DNA of 64,000 bases, from NCBI GenBank assembly GCA_951406725.2, contig OX597814.1:216938001-217002000 (forward strand), in the 5' to 3' direction. The notes beneath the pieces were generated by a model, which was not told the DNA's origin, searched no databases, and saw nothing but the letters and a program-made list of their open reading frames with translations. This document shows, in pieces, positions 13,273 through 27,172 of the stretch. Positions within the stretch are counted from its first letter, which is position 1. Every line of letters begins with the position of its first letter. The translations under genes and the position numbers were made by a program. The DNA is from Octopus vulgaris (taxonomy: Eukaryota).

Positions 13273-14365
13273 GTGTCCGTATGGCTCACGATATCCACAA
13301 CCGGACTGAATCTCGGGACAGCATCTAGGTCACTGCATCACAGCCTTGCAACTGAACTGCATAATGTCGAGGTGTGTAACCAGTGTTTTTTTGCTGTGTC
13401 TCAGGGACACTTTGGAATGATGCAGAGGTTGATAGCTAGGGATGCAGACATAAATTCTGTGCCTCAGGGTCATCTCGAAATAACACACAGATTAATAGCT
13501 AGGGATGCAGACACAAATTCTGTGTACAAAGAAGGCAACAATTGTTTGCACCTGGCTGTGAAGAAGATAACCATTCAATAGATAACCATTTTAGATGAAT
13601 ACTGCAAAGAGCTAAAACTCAGAAAAGGATAAAGGCTCTCTGATGTAGTGGTAGCTAGTTATCTAGTCCAGCAGACAGCCAATTTTGACTTTAAAAACAA
13701 AGGAGACATAACTCCATTGGACCTCCTTAAAAATGCGAAGTCCAAAGAAAAATCAAAGACATTATTTCCACCACAAATACTATGTAGGTTGTGTGAAGTT
13801 AATACATGAAATTCCATCCCAGGGGTCATGTTCAAAAAGTAAATCATAGCAAGTTCAGATTCCAAACGCTGAAGAAAAGTAAGTCCAAACAGTGGCAGAG
13901 TAAGTTGAGACTTCAAAGATTGAAGAGAAGAAAGTCCAAATGGTGACAGCAATATCTGTGTGTGTGTGTATGGAGAAGTTCCTCACGACATCACAGACAG
14001 TTGAGTGAGCAAAGGTCGGAGACAAGAAAGTACAGACCGTTTGACAGCCATTAGAGGCTACATCCCAGTAAGTTGATTCCTAAAACCTCGAAGAGAAGGA
14101 TCTCCTGAAGGTGTCACTTCAGTTAGGAAGTAATTGGTAGCAAGTAGCTATTTTCTTGTGAATTAAAACTGTTGACCTGCAAATTATCAAGCATAACAAT
14201 CCTTTGAACATTGTAAAATAAATCTACCAAATGCTGTTCAAATGGTATCGAAGTAGTAATCTAGAGAAACGGCCACACAAATCACGGGAAGAGGCTTTTA
14301 AAGAAAGTGAGTGCTTAACAGCACTTAAATATCTATCACTAGACAAAGAAGGGAGATGTGTGTAA
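13273..14365 (+). pseudogene. Ankyrin-RING-Death pseudogene, unit 4
   Basis: Near-identical copy, with stops. Confidence 0.75.
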
Positions 14366-15884
14366 ATGTTGTTGTTCTTTAGTCGCAAGTCTAACTTCAC
14401 TAAACAGTGACCCATGATTAAATTCCTTCAACCAGAAACATCCTGTCTTTTCCTAAATGTAAACAATCCAGAACCACATTGCCCAATATATTCTTTTAGT
14501 GTGGTAAGGTATGAATTGAAAAGGATTTAGCAATTAAATCTTGCAGATCTCTACCGTATATTGACACCTTTAATAGTTTGGCTCCCTTATTTGGGAATAA
14601 CCTTTGAACTAAAGAACTTTGAAATGTTCAAAAAACAAAAAGAATATAGTTTTCCAACATTACCCCTCAGCAGACTGAAAGTCGATAGTATAACAAACGA
14701 GTATAAAGCAAATGTCCCAGAAAAACCCATGTTAACAAGAACTAAATGTTCATACAACGGCAAGAAAAAAGCTAATCGAATAAAGTAGGAACAAACATGG
14801 CAAAAACTTACTGTGACACTTGCAATGAGAAGCCATCTCATCGTATAACATGCTTCAAGTTACAGCAATCCAAGTAATCAGGGAATAAAATAGGCTAACG
14901 ATGTCTGTTGCTAATTTGCTGAAGGAAAAGTTTATTCTATAACATTTTGGGATCTATATTTGTTGATATGTCTTTTCTTATTATTGATCAGTTTTGATAA
15001 TGAATCAGGAATATGTTATAAATTTGCCAAATCTAGTTATTGTCCTTCATTTCTAAAACATAAATCATACAGAGTTCATTAGAATATCAGTTTTTAAAAA
15101 TTTATACTGTGTACCAATAGTGGTACATGATGCATAATGGGGCAGTTACCAATGTACCATATATGGCACACGATGTGGTTAAATTGTTAAGAGAACACAT
15201 GATCAAGCGATGCTTCAATTGGACCTATGCACAGTAACCAAGTGGCCAGATGAGTGTCCGTATGGCTCATGATATCCACAACCGGACTGAATCCCGGGAC
15301 AGCATCAAGGTCACTGCATCACAGCCTTGCCACTGAACTGCATAATGTGGAGGTGTGTAACCAGTGTTTTTTTGCTGTGTCTCAGGGACATTTTGGAATG
15401 ATGCAGAGGTTGATAGCTAGGGATGCAGACATAAATTCTGTGCCTCAGGGCCATCTCGGAATAACACACAGATTAATAGCTAGAGATGCTATTAATAGCT
15501 GGTGGACACTAACCACCTCAACAGTTTTATGAACCTCTTATTGATTATAGCAACATCAAAAGTATACTTTAGAAATTTTAATTCTTCTTTACTAGTCTTG
15601 ATCTTTTAATCATGTGTTCACTCGTGTTCAGCTCCCCTAAAACTTACTATAGTTAGGAAGAAAGGTAGATTAAGCTGAAACAATCTATTTAGGACATCTT
15701 TATCCTGTCTAGAACACATTCTCATAGCAACATCTAGAGGATCTTACGAAGGTTGAATTTACAGACAAACATCAAATGTACATGATCAATTTGATCAAGT
15801 ATACAGTAGAAGACAATAATAACACATTGATATCCATCCTGATTTTCATGTAAATTTTCATTTTCTATTTTTACTTCCACATAG

Positions 15885-16094
15885 AATTAAGTAAAATTGG
15901 ATATTAAGAACAAAAAGAAAAGGAGACCATTGCATGAAGTCGTTTCCCGGGGTCACCTCGGAATGACACACAAGCTAATAGCCCTGGGTGTAAGCATAAA
16001 TACTGTTGAATGTGATGGTAACAGCTGTTTTCACCTTGCCGTGACAAGAAAAGTGTTTAATTCCGAGGGTGCATCCATGGATTTACTAAACAAA
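15885..16094 (+). pseudogene. Ankyrin-repeat pseudo-exon of a paralogous MIB-like gene (type B form; also about 19304-19513 and 22740-22940; truncated in type A units)
   Basis: A polypyrimidine tract and CATAG acceptor precede VKLDIKNKKKRRPLHEVVSRGHLGMTHKLIALGVSINTVECDGNSCFHLAVTRKVFNSEGASMDLLNK. Type A and C copies end in a GTAAGT donor. Confidence 0.7.
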
Positions 16095-16682
16095 GTTTTT
16101 AAATTGTTTGCGTATATATATGTGTGTGAGTGTGTGTGCGTGATTTTGTGTATTTGTGAGTCTTTGTGTGAGTGTGAGAGAGACAGACAAACTTTGCTTG
16201 TCATGTATCAATTCTCCCCTATCAACTCCATCCTCCATTACCATTCCGTGATCCAGTCTCCCTTTATGACCCGAGTGATATTATGTAACAAACAATATTC
16301 CATCTCCTTTCACTCTCAAAGATGTCGTCTCACCACGGTCGAGAGGGGACCCATCTCGGTTGTTGGCCATATAAACACAGCCATCACAATGTGACGGAGA
16401 AGTGGCCTATTTAATAGATGAGATATTATTCTCAATTAACAATGATGCAGGATAGAAGAGATGTCTGAGCTTTACAGTGCTGGTGCCATGGTAAATACAT
16501 CCAGTCCATTCTATGAAGAATTCTGAGTGAAACTACTCTCTATCCTACTTCTTGTACACGACATGAATCCACTGACTTCTTGTGGACATGTCATAAGAAT
16601 GTTGTGGTTAAAGTGTTAAGAGAACACATCATCAAGCGATGCTTCAATTGGACCTATGCACAGTAACCAAGTGGCCAGATGA

Positions 16683-17785
16683 GTGTCCGTATGGCTCACG
16701 ATATCCACAACTGGACTGAATCCCGGGACAGCATCAAGGTCACTGCATCACAGCCTTGCAACTGAACTGCATAATGTCGAGGTGTGTAACCAGTGTTTTT
16801 TGCTATGTCTCAGGGACACTTTGGAATGATGCAGAGGTTGATAGCTAGGGATGCAGACATAAATTCTGTGCCTCAGGGTCATCTCGAAATAACACACAGA
16901 TTAATAGCTAGGGATGCAGACACAAATTCTGTAAACAAAGAAGCCAACAATTGTTTGTACCTGGCTGTGAAGAAGGGGTTCCATTCTCAGGTTCAATAGA
17001 TAACCATTTTAGATGAATACTGCAAAGAGCTAAAACTCAGAAAGAGATAAAGGCTCTCTGATGTAGTGGTAGCTAGTTATCTAGTCCAGCAGACAGCCAA
17101 TTTTGACTTTAAAAACAAACGAGACATAACTCCATTGGACCTCCTTAAAAATGCAAAGTCCAAAGAAAAATTAAAGACATTATTTCCACCACAAATACTA
17201 TGTAGGTTGTGTGAAGTTAATACATGAAATTCCATCCCAGGGGTCATGTTCAAAAAGTAAATCATAGCAAGTTCAGATTCCAAACACTGAAGAAAAGGAA
17301 GTCCAAACAGTGGCAGAGTAAGTTGAGACTTCAAAGATTGAAGAGAAGAAAGTCCAAATGGTGACAGCAATATGTGTGTGTGTGTGTGTATGGAGAAGGT
17401 CCTCACGACATCACAGACAGTCGAATGTGCAAAGGTCGGGGACAAGAAAGTACAGACCGTTTGACAGCCATTAGAGGCTACATCCCAGTAAGTTGATTCC
17501 TAAAACCTGGAAGAGAAGGATCTCCTGAAGGAGGCACTTCAATTAGGAAGTAATTGGTAGCAAGTTGGGATTTTCTTGGGAATTAAAACTATTGACCTGC
17601 AAATTATCAAGCATAACAATCCTTTGAACATTGTAAAATAGATCTACCAAATGCTGTTCAAATGGTATCGAAGTAGTAATCTAGAGAAACGGCCACACAA
17701 ATCACGGGAAGAGGCTTTTAAAGAAAGTGAGTGCTTAACAGCACTTAAATATCTATCACTAGACAAAGAAGGGAGATGTGTGTAA
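16683..17785 (+). pseudogene. Ankyrin-RING-Death pseudogene, unit 5
   Basis: Copy with an additional frameshift and stops. Confidence 0.72.
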
Positions 17786-20113
17786 ATATTGTTGTTCTTT
17801 AGTCCCAAGTTTAACTTCACAAAACAGTGACCCATGATTAAATTCCTTCAACCAGAAACATCCTGTCTTTTCCTAAATGTAAACAATCCAGAACCACATT
17901 GCCCAATATATTCTTTAAGGTGGTAAGGTATGAATTGAAAAGGATTTAGCAATTAAATCTTGCAGATCTCTACCGTATATTGACACCTTTAATAGTTTGG
18001 CTCCCTTATTTGAGAATAACCTTTGAACTAAAGAACTTTGAAATGTTCAAAAAACAAAAAGAATATAGTTTTCCAACATTACCCCTCAGCAGACTGAAAG
18101 TCGATAGTATAACAAACGAGTATAAAGCAAATGTCCCAGAAAAACCCATGTTAACAAGAACTAAATGTTCATACAACGGCAAGAAAAAAGCTAATCGAAT
18201 AAAGTAGGAACAAACATGGCAAAAACTTACTGTGACACTTGCAATGAGAAGCCATCTCATCGTATAACATGCTTGAAGTTACAGCAATCCAAGTAATCAG
18301 GGAATAAAATAGGCTAACGATGTCTGTTGCTAATTTGCTGAAGGAAAAGTTTATTCTATAACATTTTGGGATCTATATTTGTTGATATGTCTTTTCTTAT
18401 TATTGATCAGTTTTGATAATGAATCAGGAATATGTTATAAATTTGCCAAATCTAGTTATTGTCCTTCATTTCTAAAACATAAATCATACAGAGTTCATTA
18501 GAATATCAGTTTTTAAAAATTTATACTGTGTACCAATAGTGGTACATGATGCATAATGGGGCAGTTACCAATGTACCATATATGGCACACGATGTGGTTA
18601 AATTGTTAAGAGAACACATGATCAAGCGATGCTTCAATTGGACCTATGCACCGTAACCAAGTGGCCAGATGAGTGTCCGTATGGCTCACGATATCCACAA
18701 CCGGACTGAATCCCGGGACAGCATCAAGGTCACTGCATCACAGCCTTGCCACTGAACTGCATAATGTGGAGGTGTGTAACCAGTGTTTTTTTGCTGTGTC
18801 TCAGGGACATTTTGGAATGATGCAGAGGTTGATAGCTAGGGATGCAGACATAAATTCTGTGCCTCAGGGCCATCTCGGAATAACACACAGATTAATAGCT
18901 AGAGATGCTATTAATAGCTGGTGGACACTAACCACCTCAACAGTTTTATGAACCTCTTATTGATTATAGCAACATCAAAAGTATACTTTAGAAATTTTAA
19001 TTCTTCTTTACTAGTCTTGATCTTTTAATCATGTGTTCACTCGTGTTCAGCTCCCCTAAAACTTACTATAGTTAGGAAGAAAGGTAGATTAAGCTGAAAC
19101 GATCTATTTAGGACATCTTTATCCTGTCTAGAACACATTCTCATAGCAACATCTAGAGGATCTTACGAAGGTTGAATTTACGGACAAACATCAAATGTAC
19201 ATGATCAATTTGATCAAGTATACAGTAGAAGACAATAATAACACATTGATATCCATCCTGATTTTCATGTAAATTTTCATTTTCTATTTTTACTTCCACA
19301 TAGAATTAAGTAAAATTGGATATTAAGAACAAAAAGAAAAGGAGACCATTGCATGAAGCCGTTTCCTGGGGTCACCTCGGAATGACACACAAGCTAATAG
19401 CCCTGGGTGTAAGCATAAATACTGTTGAATGTGATGGTAACAGCTGTTTTCACCTTGCCGTGACAAGAAAAGTGTTTAATTCCGAGGGTGCATCCATGGA
19501 TTTACTAAACAAAGTTTTTAAATTGTTTGCGTATATATATGTGTGTGAGTGTGTGTGCGTGTGTGATTTTGTGTATTTGTGAGTCTTTGTGTGAGAGTGA
19601 GAGCGACAGACAGACAGACAAACTTTGCTTGTCATGTATCAATTCTCCCCTATCAACTCCATCCTCCATTACCATTCCGTGATCCAGTCTCCCTTTATGA
19701 CCCGAGTGATATTATGTAACAAACAATATTCCATCTCCTTTCACTCTCAAAGATGTCGTCTCACCACGGTCGAGAGGGGACCCATCTCGGTTGTTGGCCA
19801 TATAAACACAGCCATCACAATGTGACGGAGAAGTGGCCTATTTAATAGATGAGATATTATTCTCAATTAACAATGATGCAGGATAGAAGAGATGTCTGAG
19901 CTTTACAGTGCTGGTGCCATGGTAACTACATCCAGTCAATTCTATGAAGAATTCTGAGTGAAACTACTCTCTATCCTACTTCTTGTACACGACATGAATC
20001 CACTGACTTCTTGTGGACATGTCATAAGAATGTTGTGGTTAAAGTGTTAAGAGAACACATCATCAAGCGATGCTTCAATTGGACCTATGCACAGTAACCA
20101 AGTGGCCAGATGA

Positions 20114-21214
20114 GTGTCCGTATGGCTCACGATATCCACAACTGGACTGAATCCCGGGACAGCATCAAGGTCACTGCATCACAGCCTTGCAACTGCACTG
20201 CATAATGTCGAGGTGTGTAACCAGTGTTTTTTGCTATGTCTCAGGGACACTTTGGAATGATGCAGAGGTTGATAGCTAGGGATGCAGACATAAATTCTGT
20301 GCCTCAGGGTCATCTCGAAATAACACACAGATTAATAGCTAGGGATGCAGACACAAATTCTGTAAACAAAGAAGCCAACAATTGTTTGTACCTGGCTGTG
20401 AAGAAGGGGTTCCATTCTCAGGTTCAATAGATAACCATTTTAGATGAATACTGCAAAGAGCTAAAACTCAGAAAGAGATAAAGGCTCTCTGATGTAGTGG
20501 TAGCTAGTTATCTAGTCCAGCAGACAGCCAATTTTGACTTTAAAAACAAACGAGACATAACTCCATTGGACCTCCTTAAAAACGCAAAGTCCAAAGAAAA
20601 ATTAAAGACATTATTTCCACCACAAATACTATGTAGGTTGTGTGAAGTTAATACATGAAATTCCATCCCAGGGGTCATGTTCAAAAAGTAAATCATAGCA
20701 AGTTCAGATTCCAAACATTGAAGAAAAGGAAGTCCAAACAGTGGCAGAGTAAGTTAAGACTTCAAAGATTGAAGAGAAGAAAGTCCAAATGGTGACAGCA
20801 ATATGTGTGTGTGTGTGTATGGAGAAGGTCCTCACGACATCACAGACAGTCGAATGTGCAAAGGTCGGGGACAAGAAAGTACAGACCGTTTGACAGCCAT
20901 TAGAGGCTACATCCCAGTAAGTTGATTCCTAAAACCTGGAAGAGAAGGATCTCCTGAAGGAGGTACTTCAATTAGGAAGTAATTGGTAGCAAGTTGGAAT
21001 TTTCTTGGGGATTAAAACTATTGACCTGCAAATTATCAAGCATAACAATCCTTTGAACATTGTAAAATAGATCTACCAAATGCTGTTCAAATGGTATCGA
21101 AGTAGTAATCTAGAAAAACGGCCACACAAATCACGGAAAGAGGCTTTTAAAGAAAGTGAGTGCTTAACAGCACTTAAATATCTATCACTAGACAAAGAAG
21201 GGAGATGTGTGTAA
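20114..21214 (+). pseudogene. Ankyrin-RING-Death pseudogene, unit 6
   Basis: Copy with stops. Confidence 0.72.
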
Positions 21215-23548
21215 ATGTTGTTGTTCTTTAGTCGCAAGTCTAACTTCACTAAACAGTGACCCATGATTAAATTCCTTCAACCAGAAACATCCTGTCTTTT
21301 CCTAAATGTAAACAATCCAGAACCACATTGCCCAATATATTCTTTAAGGTGGTAAGGTATGAACTGAAAAGGATTTAGCAATTAAATCTTGCAGATCTCT
21401 ACCGTATATTGACACCTTTAATAGTTTGGCTCCCTTATTTGGGAATAACCTTTGAACTAAAGAACTTTGAAATGTTCAAAAAACAAAAAGAATATTGTTT
21501 TCCAACATTACCCCTCAGCAGACTGAAAGTCGATAGTATAACAAACGAGTATAAAGCAAATGTCCCAGAAAAACCCATGTTAACAAGAACTAAATGTTCA
21601 TACAACGGCAAGAAAAAGCTAATCGAATAAAGTAGGAACAAACATGGCAAAAACTTACTGTGACACTTGCAATGAGAAGCCATCTCATCGTATAACATGC
21701 TTCAAGTTACAGCAATCCAAGTAATCAGGGAATAAAATAGGCTAACGATGTCTGTTGCTAATTTGCTGAAGGAAAAGTTTATTCTATAACATTTTGGGAT
21801 CTATATTTGTTGATATGTCTTTTCTTATTATTGATCAGTTTTGATAATGAATCAGGAATATGTTATAAATTTGCCAAATCTAGTTATTGTCCTTCATTTC
21901 TAAAACATAAATCATACAGAGTTCATTAGAATATCAGTTTTTAAAAATTTATACTGTGTACCAATAGTGGTACATGATGCATAATGGGGCAGTTACCAAT
22001 GTACCATATATGGCACACGATGTGGTTAAATTGTTAAGAGAACACATGATCAAGCAATGCTTCAATTGGACCTATGCACAGTAACCAAGTGGCCAGATGA
22101 GTGTCCGTATGGCTCACGATATCCACAACCGGACTGAATCCCGGGACAGCATCAAGGTCACTGCATCACAGCCTTGCCACTGAACTGCATAATGTGGAGG
22201 TGTGTAACCAGTGTTTTTTGCTGTGTCTCAGGGACACTTTGGAATGATGCAGAGGTTGATAGCTAGGGATGCAGACATAAATTCTGTGCCTCAGGGCCAT
22301 CTCGGAATAACACACAGATTAATAGCTAGGGATGCTATTAATAGCTAGTGGACACTAACCACCTCAACAGTTTTATGAACCTCTTATTGATTATAGCAAC
22401 ATCAAAAGTATACTTTAGAAATTTTAATTCTTCTTTACTAGTCTTGATCTGTTAATCATGTGTTCACTCGTGTTCAGCTCCCCTAAAACTTACTATAGTT
22501 AGGAAGAAAGGTAGATTAAGCTGAAACAATCTAATTAGGACATCTTTATCCTGTCTAGAACACATTCTCATAGCAACATCTAGAGGATCTTACAAAGGTT
22601 GATTTTACGGACAAACATCAAATGTACATGATCAATTTGATCAAGTATACAGTAGAAGACAATAATGACACATTGATATCCATCCTGATTTTCATGTAAA
22701 TTTTCATTTTCTATTTTTACTTCCACAAAGGGTTCAGTTCAGTTCGACATTAAGAACAAAAAGAAAAGGAGACCATTGCATGAAGTCGTTTCCCGGGGTC
22801 ACCTCGGAATGACACACAAGCTAATAGCCCTGGGTGTAAGCATAAATGCTGTTGAATGTGATGGTAACAGCTGTTTTCACCTTGCCGTGACAAGAAAAAT
22901 GTTTAATTCCGAGGGTGCATCCATGGATTTACTAAACAAAGTTTTTAAATTGTTTGCGTATATATATGTGTGTGTGTGAGTGTGTGTGCGTGTCTGTGTG
23001 ATTTTGTGTATTTGTGAGTCTTTGTGTGAGTGTGAGTGAGACAGACAGACAGACAAACTTTGCTTGTCATGTATCAATTCTCCCCTATCAACTCCATCCT
23101 CCATTACCATTCCGTGATCCAGTCTCCCTTTATGACCCGAGTGATATTATGTAACAAACAATATTCCATCTCCTTTCACTCTCAAAGATGTCGTCTCACC
23201 ACGGTCGAGAGGGGACCCATCTCGGTTGTTGGCCATATAAACACAGCCATCACAATGTGACGGAGAAGTGGCCTATTTAATAGATGAGATATTATTCTCA
23301 ATTAACAATGATGCAGGATAGAAGAGATGTCTGAGCTTTATAGTGCTGGTGCCATGGTAAATACATCCAGTCCATTCTATGAAGAATTCTGAGTGAAACT
23401 GCTCTCTATCCTACTTCTTGTACATGACATGAATCCACTGACTTCTTGTGGACATGTCATAAGAATGTTGTGGTTAAGGTGTTAAAAGAACACATGATAA
23501 AGTGATGCTTCAATTGGACCTATGCACAGTAACAAAGTGGCCAGATGA

Positions 23549-24657
23549 GTGTCCGTATGGCTCACGATATCCACAACTGGACTGAATCCCGGGACAGCAT
23601 CAAGGTCACTGCATCACAGCCTTGCCACTGAACTGCATAATGTCGAGGTGTGTAACCAGTGTTTTTTGCTATGTCTCAGGGACACTTTGGAATGATGCAG
23701 AGGTTGATAGCTAGGGATGCAGACATAAATTCTGTGCCTCAGGGTCATCTCGAAATAACACACAGATTAATAGCTAGGGATGCAGACACAAATTCTGTAA
23801 ACAAAGAAGCCAACAATTGTTTGCACCTGGCTGCGAAGAAGGGGTTCCATTCTCAGGTTCAATAGATAACCATATTAGATGAATACTGAAAAGAGCTAAA
23901 ACTCAGAAAAGGATAAAGGCTCTCTGATGTAGTGGTAGCTAGTTATCTAGTCCAGCAGACACCCAGTTTTGACTTTAAAAACAAAGGAGACATAACTCCA
24001 TTGGACCTCCTTAAAAATGCAAAGTCCAAAGAAAAATTAAAGACATTATTTCCATCACAAATACTATGTAGGTTGTGTGAAGTTAATACATGAAATTCCA
24101 TCCCTGGGGTCATGTTCAAAAAGTAAATCATAGCAAGTTCAGACTCCAAACACTGAAGAAAAGGAAGGCCAAACAGTCGCAGAGTAAGTTGAGACTTCAA
24201 AGATTGAAGAGAAGAAAGTCCCGATTGTGACAGCAATATGTGTGTGTGTGTGTGTGTGTGTATGGAGAAGGTCCTCACGACATCACAGACAGTTGAATGT
24301 GCAAAGGTCGGGGACAAGAAAGTACAGACCGTTTGACAGCCATTAGAGGCTACATCCCAGTAAGTTGATTCCTAAAACCTGGAAGAGAAGTATCTCCTGA
24401 AGGAGGCATTTCAGTTAGGAAGTAATTGGTAGCAAGTCGGAATTTTCTTGGGAATTAAAACTATTGACCTGCAAATTATCAAGCATAACAATCCTTTGAA
24501 CATTGTAAAATAAATCTACCAAATGCTGTTCAAATGGTTTCAAAGTAGTAATCTAGAAAAACGGCCACACAAATCACAGAAAGAGGCTTTTAAATAAAGT
24601 GAGTGCTTAACAGCACTTAAATATCTATCACTAGACAAAGAAGGGAGATGTGTGTAA
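23549..24657 (+). pseudogene. Ankyrin-RING-Death pseudogene, unit 7
   Basis: Copy with stops. Confidence 0.72.
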
Positions 24658-26209
24658 ATGTTGTTGCTCTTTAGTCCCAGGCCTAACTTCACTAAACAGG
24701 GACCCATGATTAAATTCCTTCAACCAGAAACATCCTGTCTTTTCATAAATGTAAACAATCCAGAACCACGTTGCCCAATATATTCTTTAAGGTGGTAAGG
24801 TATGAATTGAAGAGGATTTAGCAATTAAATCTTGCAGATCTCTACCGTATATTGACGCCTTTAATAGTTTGGCTCCCATATTTGAGAAGGACACTCCGGG
24901 GTCAACTCGGAATGAAACAAGCTAATAGCCCTGGGTGCAAACATAAATGCTGTTGATGGTGATGGTGATGATAACAGCTGTTTGCACCTTGCTGTGAAAA
25001 GAAAAGTTTTTAATTCCGACGGAGTATCCACGGATTTACTAAACGAAGTAAGTTATTAAATTCTTTGCATATATATATATGTGTGTGAGTGTGTGATTTT
25101 GTGTATTTGTGAGTCTTTGTGAGTGACAGACAGACAAACCTTGCTTGTCATGTATCAATTATCCCCTATCAACCCAATCCTCCATTACCATTCCGTGATC
25201 CAGTCTCCCCTTTTGACCCAAGTGATATTATGTAACAAACAACATTCCATCTCCTTTCACTCTCAAAGATGTCGTCTCACCACGGTCGAGAGGGGACCCA
25301 TTTCGGTTGTTGGACATATAAACACAGCCATCACAATGTGACGGAGAAGTGGACTGTTTAATAAGGAGATATAATTCTCAATTAACAATGATGCAGGATA
25401 GAAGAGATGTCTGAGCTTTATAGTGCTGGTGCCATGGTAAATACATCCAGTCCATTCTATGAAGAATTCTGAGTGAAACTGCTCTCTATCCTACTTCTTG
25501 TACATGACATGAATCCACTGACTTCTGGTGGACATGTCATAAGAATGTTGTGGTTAAGGTGTTAAGAGAACACATGATCAAGTGATGCCTTAATTGGACC
25601 TATGCAGAGTAACCAAGTGGCCAGATGAGTGTCCGTATGGCTCACGATATCCACAACCGGACTGAATCCCGGGACAGCATCAAGGTCACTGCATCACAGC
25701 CTTGCCACTGAACTGCATAATGTGGAGATGTGTAACCAGTGTTTTTTGATGTGCCTCAGGGACACATTGATATCCATCCTGATTTTCATGTAAATTTTCA
25801 TTTTCTATTTTTACTTCCACATAGCATTCAGTAAAATTGGATATTCAGAACAAAAAGAAAAGGACACCATTTCCCGGGGTCACCTCGCAATGACACACAA
25901 GCTAATAGCCCTGGGTGTAAGCATAAATGCAGTTGATGGTAACAACTGTTTTCACCTTGCCGTGAAAACAAAAGTGTTTAATTCCAACGGTGCATCCATG
26001 GATTTATTAAACGAAGTTTTTAAATTGTTTGCGTATATATGTGTGTGTGTGAGTGTGCGTGTGTACGTGATTTTGTGTATTTGTAAGGTGTTAAGAGAAC
26101 ACATGATAAAGTGATGCTTCAATTGGACCTATGCACAGTAACCAAGTGGCCAGATGAGTGTCCGTATGGCTCACGATATCCACAACCGGACTGAATCCCA
26201 GGACAGCAT

Positions 26210-26645
26210 CACAAAGAAGGCAACAATTGTTTGCGCCTGGCCGTGAAGAAGGGGTTCCATTCTCAGGTTCAATAGATAACCATTTTAGATGAATACTGCA
26301 AAGAGCTAAAACTCAGAAAGAGATAAAGGCTCTCTGATGTAGTGGTAGCTAGTTATCTAGTCCAGCAGACAGCCAATTTTGACTTTAAAAACAAACGAGA
26401 CATAACTCCATTGGACCTCCTTAAAAATGCGAAGTCCAAAGAAAAATCAAAGACATTATTTCCACCACAAATACAATGTAGGTTGTGTGAACTTAATACA
26501 TGAAATTCCATCCCTGGGGTCATGTTCAAAAAGTAAATCATAGCAAGTTCAGACTCCAAACATTGAAGAAAAGGAAGTCCAAACAGTGGCAGAGTAAGTT
26601 GAGAACTCAAAGATTGAAGAGAAGAAAGTCCAAATGGTGACAGCA

Positions 26646-26680
<35 letters not shown>

Positions 26681-27073
26681 GAGAAGGTCCTCACGACATC
26701 ACAGACAGTTGAATGTGCAAAGGTCGGGGACAAGAAAGTACAGACCGATTGACAGCCATTAGAGACTACATCCCAGTAAGTTGATTCCTAAAACCTGGAA
26801 GAGAAGGATCTCCTGAAGGAGGCACTTCAATTAGGAAGCAATTGGTAGCAAGTTGGAATTTTCTTGGGAATTAAAACTATTGACCTGCAAATTATCAAGC
26901 ATAACAATCCTTTGAACATTGTAAAATAGATCTACCAAATGCTGTTCAAATGGTATCGAAGTAGTAATCTAGAAAAACGGCCACACAAATCACGGAAAGA
27001 GGCTTTTAAAGAAAGTGAGTGCTTAACTGCACTCAAATATCTATCTCTAGACAAAGAAGGGAGATGTGTGTAA
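26210..27073 (+). pseudogene. Ankyrin-RING-Death pseudogene, unit 8 (internally deleted)
   Basis: Copy lacking part of the ankyrin region. Confidence 0.7.
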
Positions 27074-27172
27074 ATGTTGTTGCTCTTTAGTCCCAGGCCT
27101 AACTTCACTAAACAGTGACCCATGATTAAATTCCTTCAACCAAAAACATCCTGTCTTTTCCTAAATGTAAAA

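Larger units (their letters stand above)
1..27172 (+). repeat. Tandem macrosatellite of 8 units (type A about 3.57 kb x4, type B about 3.43 kb x3, deleted type C 2.4 kb), continuing beyond the left window edge
   Basis: The marker GTGCTTAAC(A/T)GCACT recurs at 1, 3570, 7152, 10736, 14311, 17731, 21160, 24603 and 27019. The same short ORFs recur in every unit. Confidence 0.97.
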
